NCBI GenBank assembly: GCA_964016885.1
Contig: OZ024747.1
Span: 79,360,001-79,424,000, forward strand
DNA: 64,000 bases
Source: Eledone cirrhosa
Lineage: Eukaryota
Reading direction: 5' to 3'
Part shown: in pieces, positions 27,713 to 41,024 of the stretch
Numbering within the stretch: the stretch's first letter is position 1
How the letters are laid out: each line of letters begins with the position of its first letter
The notes under the pieces: model-generated
Database searches by the model: none
Told to the model about the DNA's origin: nothing
What the model saw: only the letters and a program-made list of their open reading frames with translations
Translations under genes and position numbers: made by a program

Positions 27713-29202
27713 GAACCACCCCTTTAGAACCACCCTTTAGAACCACCCTTTAGAACCACCCCTTTAGAACCACCCTTTAGAACCACCCTTTAGAACCACC
27801 CCTTTAGAACCACCCCTTTAGAACCACCCTTTAGAACCACCCCTTTAGAACCACTCTTTAGAACCACCCCTTTAGAACCACTCTTTAGAACCACCCTTTA
27901 GAACCACCCCTTTAGAACCACCCTTTAGAACCAACCTTTAGAACCACCCCTTTAGAACCACCCTTTAGAACCACCCTTTAGAACCACCCCTTTAGAACCA
28001 CCCTTTAGAACCACCCTTTAGAACCACCCCTTTAGAACCATCCCTTTAGAACCACCCTTTAGAACCACCCCTTTAGAACCACCCCTTTAGAACCACCCCT
28101 TTAGAACTTCCCATTAGAACGACCCCTTTAGAACGACCCCTTTAGAACCACCCCTTTAGAACTTCCCATTAAAACCACCCCTTTAGAACCACCCTTTAGA
28201 ACAACCGATTTAGAACCACCCATTAGAACCACCCCTTTAGAACCACCCCATTAGAACCACCCATTAGAACCACCCCTTTAGAACCACCCCTTTAGAACCA
28301 CCCCATTAGAACCACCCCATTAGAACCACCCCTTTAGAACCACCCCTTTAGAACCACCCCTTTAGAACCACCCCATAAGAACCACCCTTTAGAACCACCC
28401 CTTTAGAACCACCCCTTTAGAACCACCCCATTAGAACCACCCCTTTAGAACCACCCCTTTAGAACCACCCCTTTAGAACCACCCCATTAGAACCACCCCT
28501 TTAGAACCACCCCTTTAGAACCACCCCTTTAGAACCACCCCTTTAGAACCACCCCTTTAGAACCACCCCATTAGAACCACCCCTTTAGAACCACCCCTTT
28601 AGAACCACCCCATAAGAACCACCCTTTAGAACCACCCCATTAGAACCACCCCTTTAGAACCACCCCATTAGAACCACCCTTTAGAACCACCCCTTTAGAA
28701 CCACCCCTTTAGAACCACCCCATTAGAACCACCCCTTTAGAACCACCCCTTTAGAACCACCCCTTTAGAACCACCCCATTAGAACCACCCCTTTAGAACC
28801 ACCCCTTTAGAACCACCCCTTTAGAACCACCCCTTTAGAACCACCCCATTAGAACCACCCCTTTAGAACCACCCCTTTAGAACCACCCCTTTAGAACCAC
28901 CCCATTAGAACCACCCCTTTAGAACCACCCCTTTAGAACCACCCCATTAGAACCACCCTTTAGAACCACCCCTTTAGAACCACCCCTTTAGAACCACCCC
29001 ATTAGAACCACCCCTTTAGAACCACCCCTTTAGAACCACCCCTTTAGAACCACCCCTTTAGAACCACCCCATTAGAACCACCCCTTTAGAACCACCCCTT
29101 TAGAACCACCCCTTTAGAACCACCCCTTTAGAACCACCCCTTTAGAACCACCCCTTTAGAACCACCCCATTAGAACCACCCCATTAGAACCACCCTTTAG
29201 AA
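27713..29202. repeat. 13-14 bp minisatellite TTTAGAACCACCC(C) (about 105 copies)
   Basis: Tandem periodicity. Confidence 0.97.
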
Positions 29203-29503
29203 ATATAACCTTTTGAAAAAAGCAAGAAATGTTATTCTTTTAATTTATCCTTGAAAAATGTATTTAAAATAAAAAAAATTTCAAAAATTCACGACTGTTG
29301 TACCACATACTAACCCTACGTTCTACTCTCTTTATACAATACTGTCGGGTCCCACATAATAGGGGTGAGATAAGCGGGAGGAGGGGGAACATTTGTTTAA
29401 ATCATTTTAAGCGGTGAGGTGGGAGATCGGTTATTGGAGGACGTGAGAAAGAGTACTCAATACCGAAGTAGAGTTTACATTTATCATGGTTAAGTGGTGA
29501 GTC

Positions 29504-29549
29504 TTGTTACACTGGAGTTTCACCTCACACTTGCAGGATCATCAGACGG
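29504..29549 (-). ncRNA. Degenerate HHR
   Basis: Minus strand: CCGT-CTGATGA-TCCT GCAAGTGTG AGGT-GAAA-CTCCAGTG-TA-ACAA; core intact, stems mismatched. Confidence 0.45.
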
Positions 29550-29610
29550 ATTAAATTTTAAATAACAGAGACAGTATAAATATGCATATATATATATATA
29601 TATATATATA

Positions 29611-29794
29611 TAGGAAAAGGTTCAGGACCCCGACGGCAGAACTCAAGCCATTTCGACGGCTATTTCTGGACTCGAAACGGCTTGACCTCTGCCGTCGGGG
29701 TCCTGAACCTTTTCCTATTACCCACTCTACTACCCCAACTATCGAGTACTCTGGTGCGTTATGGTCCACCTGGTTCCTTACCACACTTCCTTCG

Positions 29795-29839
<45 letters not shown>

Positions 29840-30004
29840 AAAAGAGTCAGCGCCCCGACGCCTGAGCTCCGGACGTTTCGACCGCTAGATCTGGAGCTCA
29901 GCCGTCGGGTTCCTGACTCATTTCCTATTACCCACTCGACTACACTAAGTATTGAGTACTCTGGTGCGTTATGGTCCACCTAGTTCCTTACCATCCCCCT
30001 TTTG

Positions 30005-30006
<2 letters not shown>
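29611..30006 (+). mobile_element. Two tandem family B fold-back elements (29611-29796, 29836-30006) separated by (TA)n
   Basis: Each has a TAGGAAAAG...CCTA palindrome followed by the shared 3' segment. Confidence 0.9.
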
Positions 30007-30038
<32 letters not shown>

Positions 30039-30400
30039 GTGTGTGTTATTGCCGTTGAGTTGTTTGACTATTATCATCACCTCTTTTCCTTTCTCTTGTG
30101 TTTTACGGGTATCTTCTCTTTCTCATTTTTGTCTATTGGGTTAATTACCTACCTTATTCATACCTGTATTCCAGATAAAACTAGGGATTGATTGCCATTT
30201 CAGCTTAAGTACACACGTGTCGCTTAATTGCACTGACTGAACTAATTAACCGCTATTGTTCAATAATCACCTGTAAATCTGATGTAATAATAATCAGTCG
30301 CTGGTTGGGATGTGAATGGAATTTCTATGAAATTATTTATTTGTGTGCTGTGATGATGAGGGCTGGGGAATGGGAGCACATCTATATTTGTGTGTGCGTG

Positions 30401-30500
<100 letters not shown>

Positions 30501-30581
30501 TGAGGTAGAATCCCGACGGAGTGTCCTGCCGTTTCTAATGATTGCTAGTTTGGTTTCGCAATAGTTTGGTCAGTTAATACG

Positions 30582-30642
<61 letters not shown>

Positions 30643-31124
30643 CGATGGATAGCTGAATGTATAAGTAGAGAAGGTATTAAATCGAAATAAAAAAATTATT
30701 ATCTCGCTCAATATCAAATGTTCCCTCTTCTTTTGTGGCTCTCTGTTTTTATCAAACGGTATACTCCGATTTTACACACACACACACACACACTACACAC
30801 ACACACACACACACACACACGTATTGATACACACTCATAAATTCACACCTACACACACGCAGCCACCCCTAAACACACACAATCCATTGTACCTATGTTT
30901 ACAGACACATAAACCTATCCTATTCCACGGCTGGAGCGGTTGGTTAATCGTCAGAACCGTCCTCTGTCCGTTTTTATGTCTGTATCTGTGTTCTGAGTTC
31001 AAATCCTAGATTTGCTGACTTTATTACAATACCCTGTAAACCTTAACTAACTATTTTCACTGATAAAGTTATGATATATATATCTGGTTTTTTGTGTGGT
31101 TGATTATGCTGATTGGGAGAGGAA

Positions 31125-31307
31125 ATAATTGTTTCTACTTTAGGCACAAGGCCAGCAATTACCCAGTGCATTACTGGTACTTTATTTTATCGACCCCGTA
31201 AGGATGAAAGGCAAAGTCAACCTCGGCGGGATTTGAACTCAGATCGTAAAGGGACGTAACTATGCTGGAAAACATGGCGTCCGACCCTCTACCGATACTG
31301 CCAATCC
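31125..31307 (-). mobile_element. SINE family A
   Basis: Matches other young copies. Confidence 0.92.
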
Positions 31308-31378
31308 AAGGAAATAATGTATATATTTTATCAAATGATTCTATGGAATACTTTATTGTGTATATATATATATATATA

Positions 31379-31580
31379 TCGAAGGAAAGGTGGTAAGGAA
31401 CCAGGTGGACCATAACGCACCAAAGTACTCAATACTTAGGGTAGTAGAGGAGGTAATAGGAGTAAGTAAGACCCCGACGGCTGAGCTCAAGCCGTTTCGA
31501 CGGCTAATTCTGTACTGAATGAAAAAGAATTAGCCGTCGAAACGGCTTGAGCTCAGCCGTCGGGGTCTTACTTACTCCTA
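31379..31580 (-). mobile_element. Family B fold-back element (palindrome 31457-31580)
   Basis: TAGGAGTAAGTAAGACCCCGACGG... and ...CCGTCGGGGTCTTACTTACTCCTA. Confidence 0.9.
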
Positions 31581-31585
31581 TATAT

Positions 31586-31641
<56 letters not shown>

Positions 31642-31757
31642 AAGTATGTCCATAGAATCATTTGATAAAATATATATATATATAATTGGGTTGTGCTTAG
31701 TACTACCCTCCATATTTATAATTATATATAAACCATATATAAGTATAAATATTATTC

Positions 31758-31943
31758 TGTGGATTGGCAGTATCGGTAGAGGGTCGGACGCCATGCTTTG
31801 AAGCATAGTTACGTCCCTTTACGGTCTGAGTTCAAATCCTGCCGAGGTCACTTTGCCTTTCATCCTTACGGGCTCGATAAAATAAAGTACCAGTAATGTA
31901 CTGGGTAATTGCTGGCCTTGTGCCAAAAGTAGAAACAATTATT
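31758..31943 (+). mobile_element. SINE family A
   Basis: TGGCAGTATCGG, GAGTTCAAATCC, standard 3' end. Confidence 0.92.
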
Positions 31944-33132
31944 ACTATATATATATATATATATATTTGTGTGTGTGTGTGTATTTAAAGCCCCCCCCCC
32001 CCCCCTCGGTCACTAATAACCATGATTTTGTACCTAGAAAGTTTCCCTCCAAGGCACAAGTTCAAACAAAGTTGTTTGTGGAAGACTAGTAGTCACCCAT
32101 ACATAACAGTCTCCCCTCTCCACGCCACCGATGTTGTCCAAGAGAAAAGCAATGGCTGATACAGTTTGGCACCAGAAAGAATTGTTATTGTGAAGTCTTG
32201 CCATGATCGATAGTACCAGTAATTGTTGTGACTTGTTGTTGTGGTGTAATATTGCCGCGTGGAAAACGATTTTCCCCTATTACATTGATATGAATTTACA
32301 AATCAACACGACACCGCTAATTTTTATGTTTTTATTGGTTGCATGATTGACTTGGAAATCATGTGCTGTATTGAACAAACGGAAATGTCTTTCAATATGG
32401 CACCATATATGTTTTTGATGTGTTTAAGTTGGTTGATTTTGCGAGTGTGTATGTAGAATCTAAAAGTATTAAACTGCCTGGCCAGCTTGGAAGAATACGA
32501 GTCTGTCTGATGTAGAGCGAAGTACCAGACTCTTCCTGAGATCAAAATCTTTTGTAGTATGGATTTCCTTAGAGGAACGGAAATAGACCATAGTTACATA
32601 AGATACTCAATACATTAGAGAGAATACATAACATATTTCAGATTCAAATGTCCTCCATAGGATTATAAATGTTTCATTCTGTTGAAATCGTCAGGAAAGT
32701 CCCAATGCTTTACTGATGTATGTATGAAACAGTTCTGATCTTGCTAGTCATTTCCAAGTGAAATAAATTATATATATGTATATCGGATCTGACAGCTTCT
32801 TGATAACTTAGTGGCTAGTCACTAACACACATACACACGAGTCTCCGAGTCAATAAGTGTACGCAAATATACAACATATACATCACACCTATTATAAATG
32901 AATGTAATAATGTAATTATATTGAAAGAAAAAAAAAATCAAACCGGAGAATGTAAGAAAGAATGTGTGTATTGTCTCTCCGTGAGTGTATAATGTCTGTG
33001 TGTGTACTTGTTTCGACAGAAGATAAAAAGGGAAAAAGGGAATAACGAAATATTAGTATGCTCTAGCTTCACAGCAACTTTTATTTTATTTTAATAACTT
33101 CATGTGATGAACATATGTGTATGTACACATAC

Positions 33133-33163
<31 letters not shown>

Positions 33164-33310
33164 CATGTTTTATTTGTTACGTATTTCCGTGTAGAAAAGG
33201 TAGAGGAAAGAAGTGTGCTCTATATATAGTGTACAGAGCTATTTAATTACATAATAAACAACACAATATAATTATTCCATTACCAAAGGTTTCAAGAAAC
33301 TAGTCAAGGT

Positions 33311-33370
<60 letters not shown>

Positions 33371-33436
33371 ATATATATATATATATATAATATGGAAAAC
33401 GAAGAAACAGTGATGCATCGAAACACAATTTATTAC

Positions 33437-33527
33437 CGTATTACAATTGCTTCTCCGGCGAACAGCTCGAGGAACGATCTATTTGTGGATCGAACCTGAC
33501 TCTGGATTCGCAAGTTCTTCAGATACG
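33437..33527 (-). ncRNA. HHR with long stem II (GAAG core variant)
   Basis: Minus strand: CGTAT-CTGAAGA-[about 62 nt]-GAAG-CAATTG-TA-ATACG; homologous to 46855-46948. Confidence 0.62.
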
Positions 33528-33944
33528 TCTAGCGACTTCGAAACAAATATATATATATATAAAGGAGCCGATCAACAGAGCAAACCAAGGGAACTATGTA
33601 TCCATTAGTTTTACTATTACTAATACTATCTGCCGGTCGCCATACCTGGCAGAAAGGTGACCGTTTTACTGGTGACAAGTGGTGGAATTTTGACTCAGAA
33701 CGCACAAATTTTGAACAAATTATCGCAAATCATCCGATCCTATTTTTTGTCAATTCCGGCCCTGGATCGATACTTTATTTATCGACCCCTTGAGATGAAA
33801 GTCAAAATTGTCCCGGGTGGAATTTAAACAGGAAAAATATTAAGGCAATTCATCCGATGATTTCTGAGGTTATTTTTATTTCGAAAAAAAAAAAAAAAAA
33901 AAAAAAAAGATAAACGACCTGAAAATAAAACATAGTTATGGAAT

Positions 33945-34560
33945 AGTAGGAAAATAATGTTTATGGCATTGTAAAGAAAATACTGCACCAATATAGGGCA
34001 AACGCTGGTAAATAATGTTAGCCTTCTTAATCTGGTGCTGGTATGTGCAGATACTCGTCTTATTTATGTGTATGAAGAATAACGTGTGGTTGAAGTAACG
34101 TTGCTTAAACCAACTTCTCATCATACTAATGTAATCTTTACGTTGTATAGTGTGGTTCGGTTTACTGACATCTGATTCATATATTATCAGCCAGGGATGA
34201 TATGGCTAGTCAAGATATCATGCATTGGTGTTTCAGGATGTGCACTTAACATGTTAATTTTATTGGGTGGTGTGTTATAATACTTATCATGTTATAATAT
34301 TTCTCTCGTGTTACAGTTGTAACTCACTTTCAGGGAGTTCCTGTTCAATAGTTTCCTGTAGCAGTTGTAAATGTGGAAATGTCTTTATATCAGATTTCTA
34401 TAAATATCGACATAACGTTTAAGGAAAGTGGTGGGAGCCAAATTTGAGAAAGTATCTTTAGTTATTCTATACGATGGTTGTGATGTGTATTTATCAGAGG
34501 AGCAAGTAAACATGGCTAATTTATAGCCTGTGTCAGTGACCAGGTCGCAAACAGTGCGAC
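33945..34560 (-). pseudogene. Decayed Penelope-like element ORF, RT-thumb to GIY-YIG endonuclease region
   Basis: Frameshifted own translation: WLPPLSLNV; LI*RHF..YRKLLNRNSLKVSYNC; IIYESDV..KDYISMMRSWFKQRYFNH, matching PLE motifs WFNPPFS.NV, KIFNRN..KVSYSC and IIY...YIG...FK.RY.NH. Confidence 0.75.
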
Positions 34561-34653
34561 GAATGTTTTTACATTGAAAAATAACTGATAAAGTAAATAC
34601 ATTTTTTTTAATAGCTAAAATGGCTTTACCATGGAGTAACTATTTCAGTTTCA

Positions 34654-34685
<32 letters not shown>

Positions 34686-34718
34686 AAACAGGGACACAGA
34701 GAGCCAGAAGAAATGCGC

Positions 34719-34913
<195 letters not shown>

Positions 34914-35242
34914 CAATGATATTAAATAAATGGAAACTATATTTATAAAACCATATTTATTCTATTATATATATTTCAAGGATACCAAAACCTTTGGTAC
35001 GCTTTCATCAGATAAAATACAAAGTGTGTTTTATAAATTTTGACATATCCAAGGAAGTTTGCCATACCCAAGTTGAAGTTTTCCTTCCGTTAAGATATGT
35101 TCCTTGGGTATGTCACAATTTGTAAAACGCACTTTGTATTTTATCTGATGAAAGCGTACCAAAGTTTTTGGTTCCCTTGAAATATATATAATAGAATAAA
35201 TATGGTTTTATAAATATAGTTTCCATTTATTTAATATCATTG
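34914..35242. mobile_element. Fold-back element (about 143-bp arms, 43-bp spacer) with an HHR in each arm (34958-35019 minus, 35137-35198 plus)
   Basis: TATTTTAT-CTGATGA-AAGCGTACCAAA GTT TTTGGTTCCCTT-GAAA-TATATA-TA-ATAGAATA. Confidence 0.85.
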
Positions 35243-35340
35243 AATATTATACTCCAGAAAACCTATCGAGTGCTCTGAATCAGTTATAAACATTTATATT
35301 TGTTGAATTACCAACAAATTGAATATCCTTTTGCTTATAT

Positions 35341-35445
<105 letters not shown>

Positions 35446-35609
35446 GCATATAAAGAGAGCTAAAGGGGGGGAGGGAGAGAAAGAGAGATAACGAAGAAAT
35501 AAAAAAGTACTTAATCGTTGGTGGTCTTCGGTAGAAAGGAACAGAAACTACATATTGAGAATAAAATAGACAAAACAACTAATACACACACTCATACATA
35601 TATATATAC

Positions 35610-35640
<31 letters not shown>

Positions 35641-35750
35641 CATATATATACATATATATACACACACATATATATAATGGGCGGACCCATTTGTTGTCTT
35701 TCTTATCTCTCTCTCTCTCTATCTATCTCTCTATCTCTCTCTCTCTCTCT

Positions 35751-35816
<66 letters not shown>

Positions 35817-35974
35817 ATGCGATGATTTCATTGCCTGCTCCAAATCTTCACCTCCTTCTTTAACGTCTCTACAACACACCAACACCACCACCACCATTAG
35901 CATTACCACCACCAACACCACCACCACCACCACCACCAAGATAGATGGAAAGATCCTGTTTTCTGTTCTTTAAG

Positions 35975-36016
35975 GAGGACAATGATATGGACACAGACTT
36001 TGAGGTGACCGACTGA
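35975..36016 (+). CDS. Possible short terminal exon EDNDMDTDFEVTD* (or 30-nt microexon)
   Basis: Pyrimidine tract TCCTGTTTTCTGTTCTTTAAG followed by an acidic open frame; no homology recognised. Confidence 0.2.
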   Translation, partial: EDNDMDTDFEVTD

Positions 36017-36419
36017 CCGACGGTCAGTTGGCTGAAGACCATCATCATCATCATCGCGCCCACTACCGTCGCCACCGCCCACATATAGTAGACTGGTGGC
36101 TGATGTTATGCCATAAAAATATATCCTATGATAATGGTATAGTTATATTAATGTACCACCGTACACACACACACACACTCAACACACACACACATACACA
36201 CACACTCACTCACACACACTCACACCGGCACGCACGCACACACACTCACACACACACACTCACTCACACACAATACACACACACTCACATACACAGGCAC
36301 ATACACATACTCATTTCAATGCGTGTTTGTAAGTTTTGGTATGTGTTTGTATATATATAATTATATACTTCATACACATACATGAAATGGACTTGTTATT
36401 TTTATCTAAAGACATTTCT

Positions 36420-36588
36420 TCCAATTCCAACCTGCCCGTCGCCTCAATCTATCTTATTTTTCATTCTTTCTTCTGATGAAGGACTAGCGTCCGAAACGTT
36501 AAGACCCTCTTTCTGGTATATCAAGCGTTAACCTAATATATCCCTTTCATATACTGTACCGATTGTGTTGTTATTTCTGTTTACCTTT

Positions 36589-36590
<2 letters not shown>
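36420..36590 (+). mobile_element. HHR-bearing element, copy 2, intact minimal HHR at 36469-36504
   Basis: TCTT-CTGATGA-A-GGAC TAGC GTCC-GAAA-CG-TT-AAGA; stem III ACGU palindrome. Confidence 0.8.
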
Positions 36591-36661
<71 letters not shown>

Positions 36662-36737
36662 TGTATGTATATATATATATATATATATGTATATTGTATG
36701 TATGTATATATGTATGCATGTATGTATGTAGATTTAA

Positions 36738-37020
36738 AAAGTTAAAGACTGTTCCACAAGCCCAGCGCTTCATCAGGCCGGGTGCTTATCCCGGTTGCAT
36801 CGGTGTTAAGTGACTAAAGTGTACAAGACTCCCACACTGGACAGGACGCCAGTTCATTGCATTTTAACCCCCGGTGCTGCTGGTATATTTCTTCAGCTAA
36901 CTGAACTGGAACGATACGAAATTAAGTGTTTTACTCCACAACACAATGTGCTGCCGGTCCAACAATTGAAACCCATGGTATAACGTTCGTAAGTCTAAAT
37001 CCTTAACCACTAGGCCACGC
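36738..37020 (-). mobile_element. tRNA-derived SINE with V-domain-like centre and a LINE-like tail
   Basis: Reverse complement GCGTGGCCTAGTGGTTAAG...TGAACTGGCGTCCTGTCCAG...CCGGGATAAGCACCGGCC; tail also at 59976-60118. Confidence 0.75.
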
Positions 37021-37150
37021 GTCTTCACATGTGCACACACACATGCCCATAATTTAATCAAGGGCTTTAGATTTTCTCTGGCTCATCATCAGAATGTGGA
37101 GTGTTGTTTATTTGTACTGTTTTTATTGTATAGATAGATAGACAGATAGG

Positions 37151-37250
<100 letters not shown>

Positions 37251-37590
37251 AAAAGAAAGGGGAACTTTTTCATATTGCAAACTTGCTGGAAGAAAAGTTA
37301 ACATAATCTTTTGTAGATATTGTTGTTATTGTTGTTACTGTTGTTATTGTTGTTACTGTTATTGTTGTTATTGTTTTTGTTATAGTTATTGTTGTTATTG
37401 TTATTGTTGTTGTTGTTATTGTTACCATTCAGGGTGGACAGCTGCGCAAGAACTAACAATCATATGTCATATATCCATACATACATACATACATACATCC
37501 ATACCTACATACATACATACATACATACACACATACACACACACACACACATCCATACATACCTATATTCATACACACATCCATCCGTAC

Positions 37591-37630
<40 letters not shown>

Positions 37631-37637
37631 CTATCTA

Positions 37638-37675
<38 letters not shown>

Positions 37676-37883
37676 TAAACAGTGTCAAAGATGGTGATCC
37701 TTGTTTCTACTGCGACGACATGGTTTAGTCGTTATGTCTATTTAGTTATCTATTCATCCCTTCACCCCCTCGCATGAACGCGTATATATGTATATATGTA
37801 TGTTTGTGTAAGTATATATGTATGTGTATATGTATGTATGTGTATATGTGTGTATATATGTGTGTATATATGTGTGTATATGT

Positions 37884-37977
37884 ATTAGTCAACCAAATTT
37901 CAACACAGCTAGATTTTCACATTTCATTTCGTATTTTCACAAGTACTTTCGTGTCTTCTAGAACACTCTTCAGATGG
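37884..37977 (-). ncRNA. Left arm of an inverted pair, HHR at 37937-37977
   Basis: Minus strand: CCAT-CTGAAGA-GTGTT CTAGAA GACAC-GAAA-GTAC-TT-GTGA; partner arm at 39602-39683. Confidence 0.7.
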
Positions 37978-37994
37978 ATATTGAATGTTAAGTT

Positions 37995-39598
37995 TATATT
38001 AATATAACCACGATAGGTTTATATTAACATAAACCACGACAGTTAGGTTCATATTAACATGGCGACAATAATTAGGGTCATATTAACATGGCGACAATAA
38101 TTAGGGTCATATTAACATGGCGACAATAATTAGGGTCATATTAACATGGCGACAATAATTAGGGTCATATTAACATGGCGACAATACTATCGTGGTCATA
38201 TTAACATGGCGACAATACTATCGTGGTCATATCAATATGGCGACAATACTATCGTGGTCATATCAATATGGCGACAATACTATCGTGGTCATATCAATAT
38301 GGCGACAATACTATCGTGGTTATATCAATATGGCGACAATACTATCGTGGTCATATCAATATGGCGACAATACTATCGTGGTCATATCAATATGGCGACA
38401 ATACTATCGTGGTCATATCAATATGGCGAAAATAGTTAGGTTTATATTAATATAACCACAATAGTTAGGTTTATAATAATTGTTTCTACTTTTTGGCACA
38501 AGGCCAGCAAGTACCCAGTATATTACTGGTACTTTATCTTATCGACCCCGTAAGGATGAAAGGCAAAGTTAACCTCGGCGGGATTTGAACTCAGATCATA
38601 AAGGGACATAACTATGCTAGAAAGCATGGCGTCTGACCCTATACCGATATAACCACGATAGTTTAGTTTATATTAACATAACCACAATAGTTAGGTTTAT
38701 ATTAATATAACCACAATAGTTAGGTTTATATTAATATAACCACAATAGTTAGGTTTATATTAACATAACCACAATAGTTAGGTAATATTAATATAACCAC
38801 AATAGTTAGGTAATATTAATATAACCACAATAGTTAGGTTTATATTAATATAACCACAATAATTAGGTTTATATTAATATAACCACAATAGTTTAGTTTA
38901 TATTAACATAACCACAATAGTTAGGTTTATATTAATATAACCACAATAGTTAGGTTTATATTAATATAACCACAATAGTTAGGTTTATATTAATATAACC
39001 ACGATAGTTTAGTTTATATTAACATAACCACGATAGTTAGGTAATATTAATATAACCACAATAGTTAGGTAATATTAATATAACCACAATAGTTAGGTTT
39101 ATATTAATATAACCACAATAGTTAGGTTTATATTAATATAACCACAATAGTTAGGTTTATATTAACATAACCACAATAGTTAGGTAATATTAATATAACC
39201 ACAATAGTTAGGTTTATATTAATATAAGCACAATAGTTAGGTAATATTAATATTACCACAATAGTTAGGTTTATATTAATATAACCACAATAGTTAGGTT
39301 TATATTAACATAACCACAATAGTTAGGTAATATTAATATAACCACAATAGTTAGGTTTATATTAATATAACCACAATAGTTAGGTAATATTAATATTACC
39401 ACAATAGTTAGGTTTATATTAATATAACCACAATAGTTTAGTTTATATTAACATAACCACAATAGTTAGGTTTATATTAATATAACCACAATAGTTAGGT
39501 TTATATTAATATAACCACAATAGTTAGGTAATATTAATATAACCACAATAGTTAGGTAATATTAATATAACCACAATAGTTAGGTTTATATTAATATA
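37995..39598. repeat. 29/31-bp minisatellite with three unit variants, interrupted by a SINE
   Basis: Units AACCACAATAGTTAGGTTTATATTAATAT, ATGGCGACAATAATTAGGGTCATATTAAC and ATGGCGACAATACTATCGTGGTCATATCAAT. Confidence 0.95.
38473..38649 (-). mobile_element. SINE family A, 5'-truncated, inside the array
   Basis: Matches other young copies. Confidence 0.92.
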
Positions 39599-39601
39599 AA
39601 C

Positions 39602-39683
39602 CTGAGGAGTGTTCCAGAAGACACGAAACTACTTGTGAAAATATGAAATGAAATGTGGAAATCCAACTTTGATTGACTAATAT
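39602..39683 (+). ncRNA. Right arm with degenerate HHR
   Basis: CTGAGGA-GTGTT CCAGAA GACAC-GAAA-CTAC-TT-GTGA; the stem I 5' strand is replaced by array sequence. Confidence 0.55.
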
Positions 39684-39730
39684 ATTATCTGTGCACAATT
39701 CTACAAATTCTGAAGTATATATATATATAT

Positions 39731-39844
<114 letters not shown>

Positions 39845-39857
39845 ATAATATATATAC

Positions 39858-39890
<33 letters not shown>

Positions 39891-39896
39891 ATAATA

Positions 39897-39934
<38 letters not shown>

Positions 39935-39956
39935 ATAATATATATATATATATATA

Positions 39957-40121
39957 TGGTTGTGAGTTTGATTCCAGGACCGGACGATGCGTTATGTCCT
40001 TGAGCAAGACACTTTATTTCACATTCCTTCTACCTGGAGTTGTAACCGATAGATAGTATTAGCAATTGGAAAGACGAACGGAAACATTGTTTCTTCGGTC
40101 CGATTTGACGAAAGTCGATCG
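39957..40121 (+). mobile_element. SINE family C variant, 5'-truncated
   Basis: Close match to 45648-45812. Confidence 0.85.
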
Positions 40122-40128
40122 ACTGTCG

Positions 40129-40204
<76 letters not shown>

Positions 40205-40491
40205 ACTTTTAGTTGAAGCAGTCCTTCTCTTAACTAACCATCCAGTTACTAAACCAATCGAGGAATGGATTAATTATCTGACTAATAATAAAAAAATGAA
40301 GTGAAAGTTAACTGGTGAGTGTGTTTGTATTAGCAACATGACCCATCCAAAGTATAACTGTATATATGTATGCCGTATGGTTACTGTACCAATGTTAGAA
40401 ACAATTATTACTGTTAAGTCACGCTTATTCACACTTAGACAGATACTGAGAGGAAAATTAAAAGAGAGAAAATGACTGCATTAAATATATA

Positions 40492-40565
40492 CAGTTGTCC
40501 TCCAGTATTCGCGGGGTTTACGTTCCTACAACACCCACGAAGAGTGAAAAACCGCGAATATTGGA
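40492..40565. mobile_element. Tigger/pogo-like DNA transposon end
   Basis: TA-CAGTTGTCCTCCAGTATTCGCGG...CCGCGAATA resembles Tigger/MER2-type termini; the other end was not found. Confidence 0.45.
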
Positions 40566-41024
40566 CGTGGTCCATAAAAATGCCTATAAACGTCAAAACA
40601 TAACGCAAAATATTGGCCGGCAAATACGGTATATTATCAATAATTTAACATTAAAAAGCGTGAAAAAATATATATTGCCACGGCCTATTCTTATTGTATA
40701 TAATTATTTTGCTGCCAACATGCCTGAAACCGCCCCTGGTTACAAAACTATTCTAAACTCTTCCAATCATAATTTATTTTACGTAAGAACCTATGTTAAG
40801 TTTTGGTCGAAATACAAGCGTTGTAGCGAGAAAGTTTGGTAAATTACTGAATTCTTCCAAATTCCTGATCATTTTCAAAATTATTTAAAAACCATGGATA
40901 GTGTCTTTCATTAGAAATATGGTAATGAAAGAGCAAATTAAATGGTGTTAGGTTTTGAAGTTAAAATTTGAAACGTGTTATAATTCCATCCCCACCTTAG
41001 GCCATAAAAAGTTGAATCTTCCCT

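Noticed and set aside
27713-29202. Telomeric repeat
   Set aside because: The unit is not TTAGGG or TTAGG and the array is interstitial.
32440-32700. Possible second PLE C-terminus (KDFDLRKSL..SLYIRQT) and a CTGACGA motif
   Set aside because: Needs frameshifts, the match is short, and the HHR stems do not pair.
36765-36790. CTGATGA on the minus strand as an HHR core
   Set aside because: Part of a SINE tail; no stem II-GAAA-UH arrangement.
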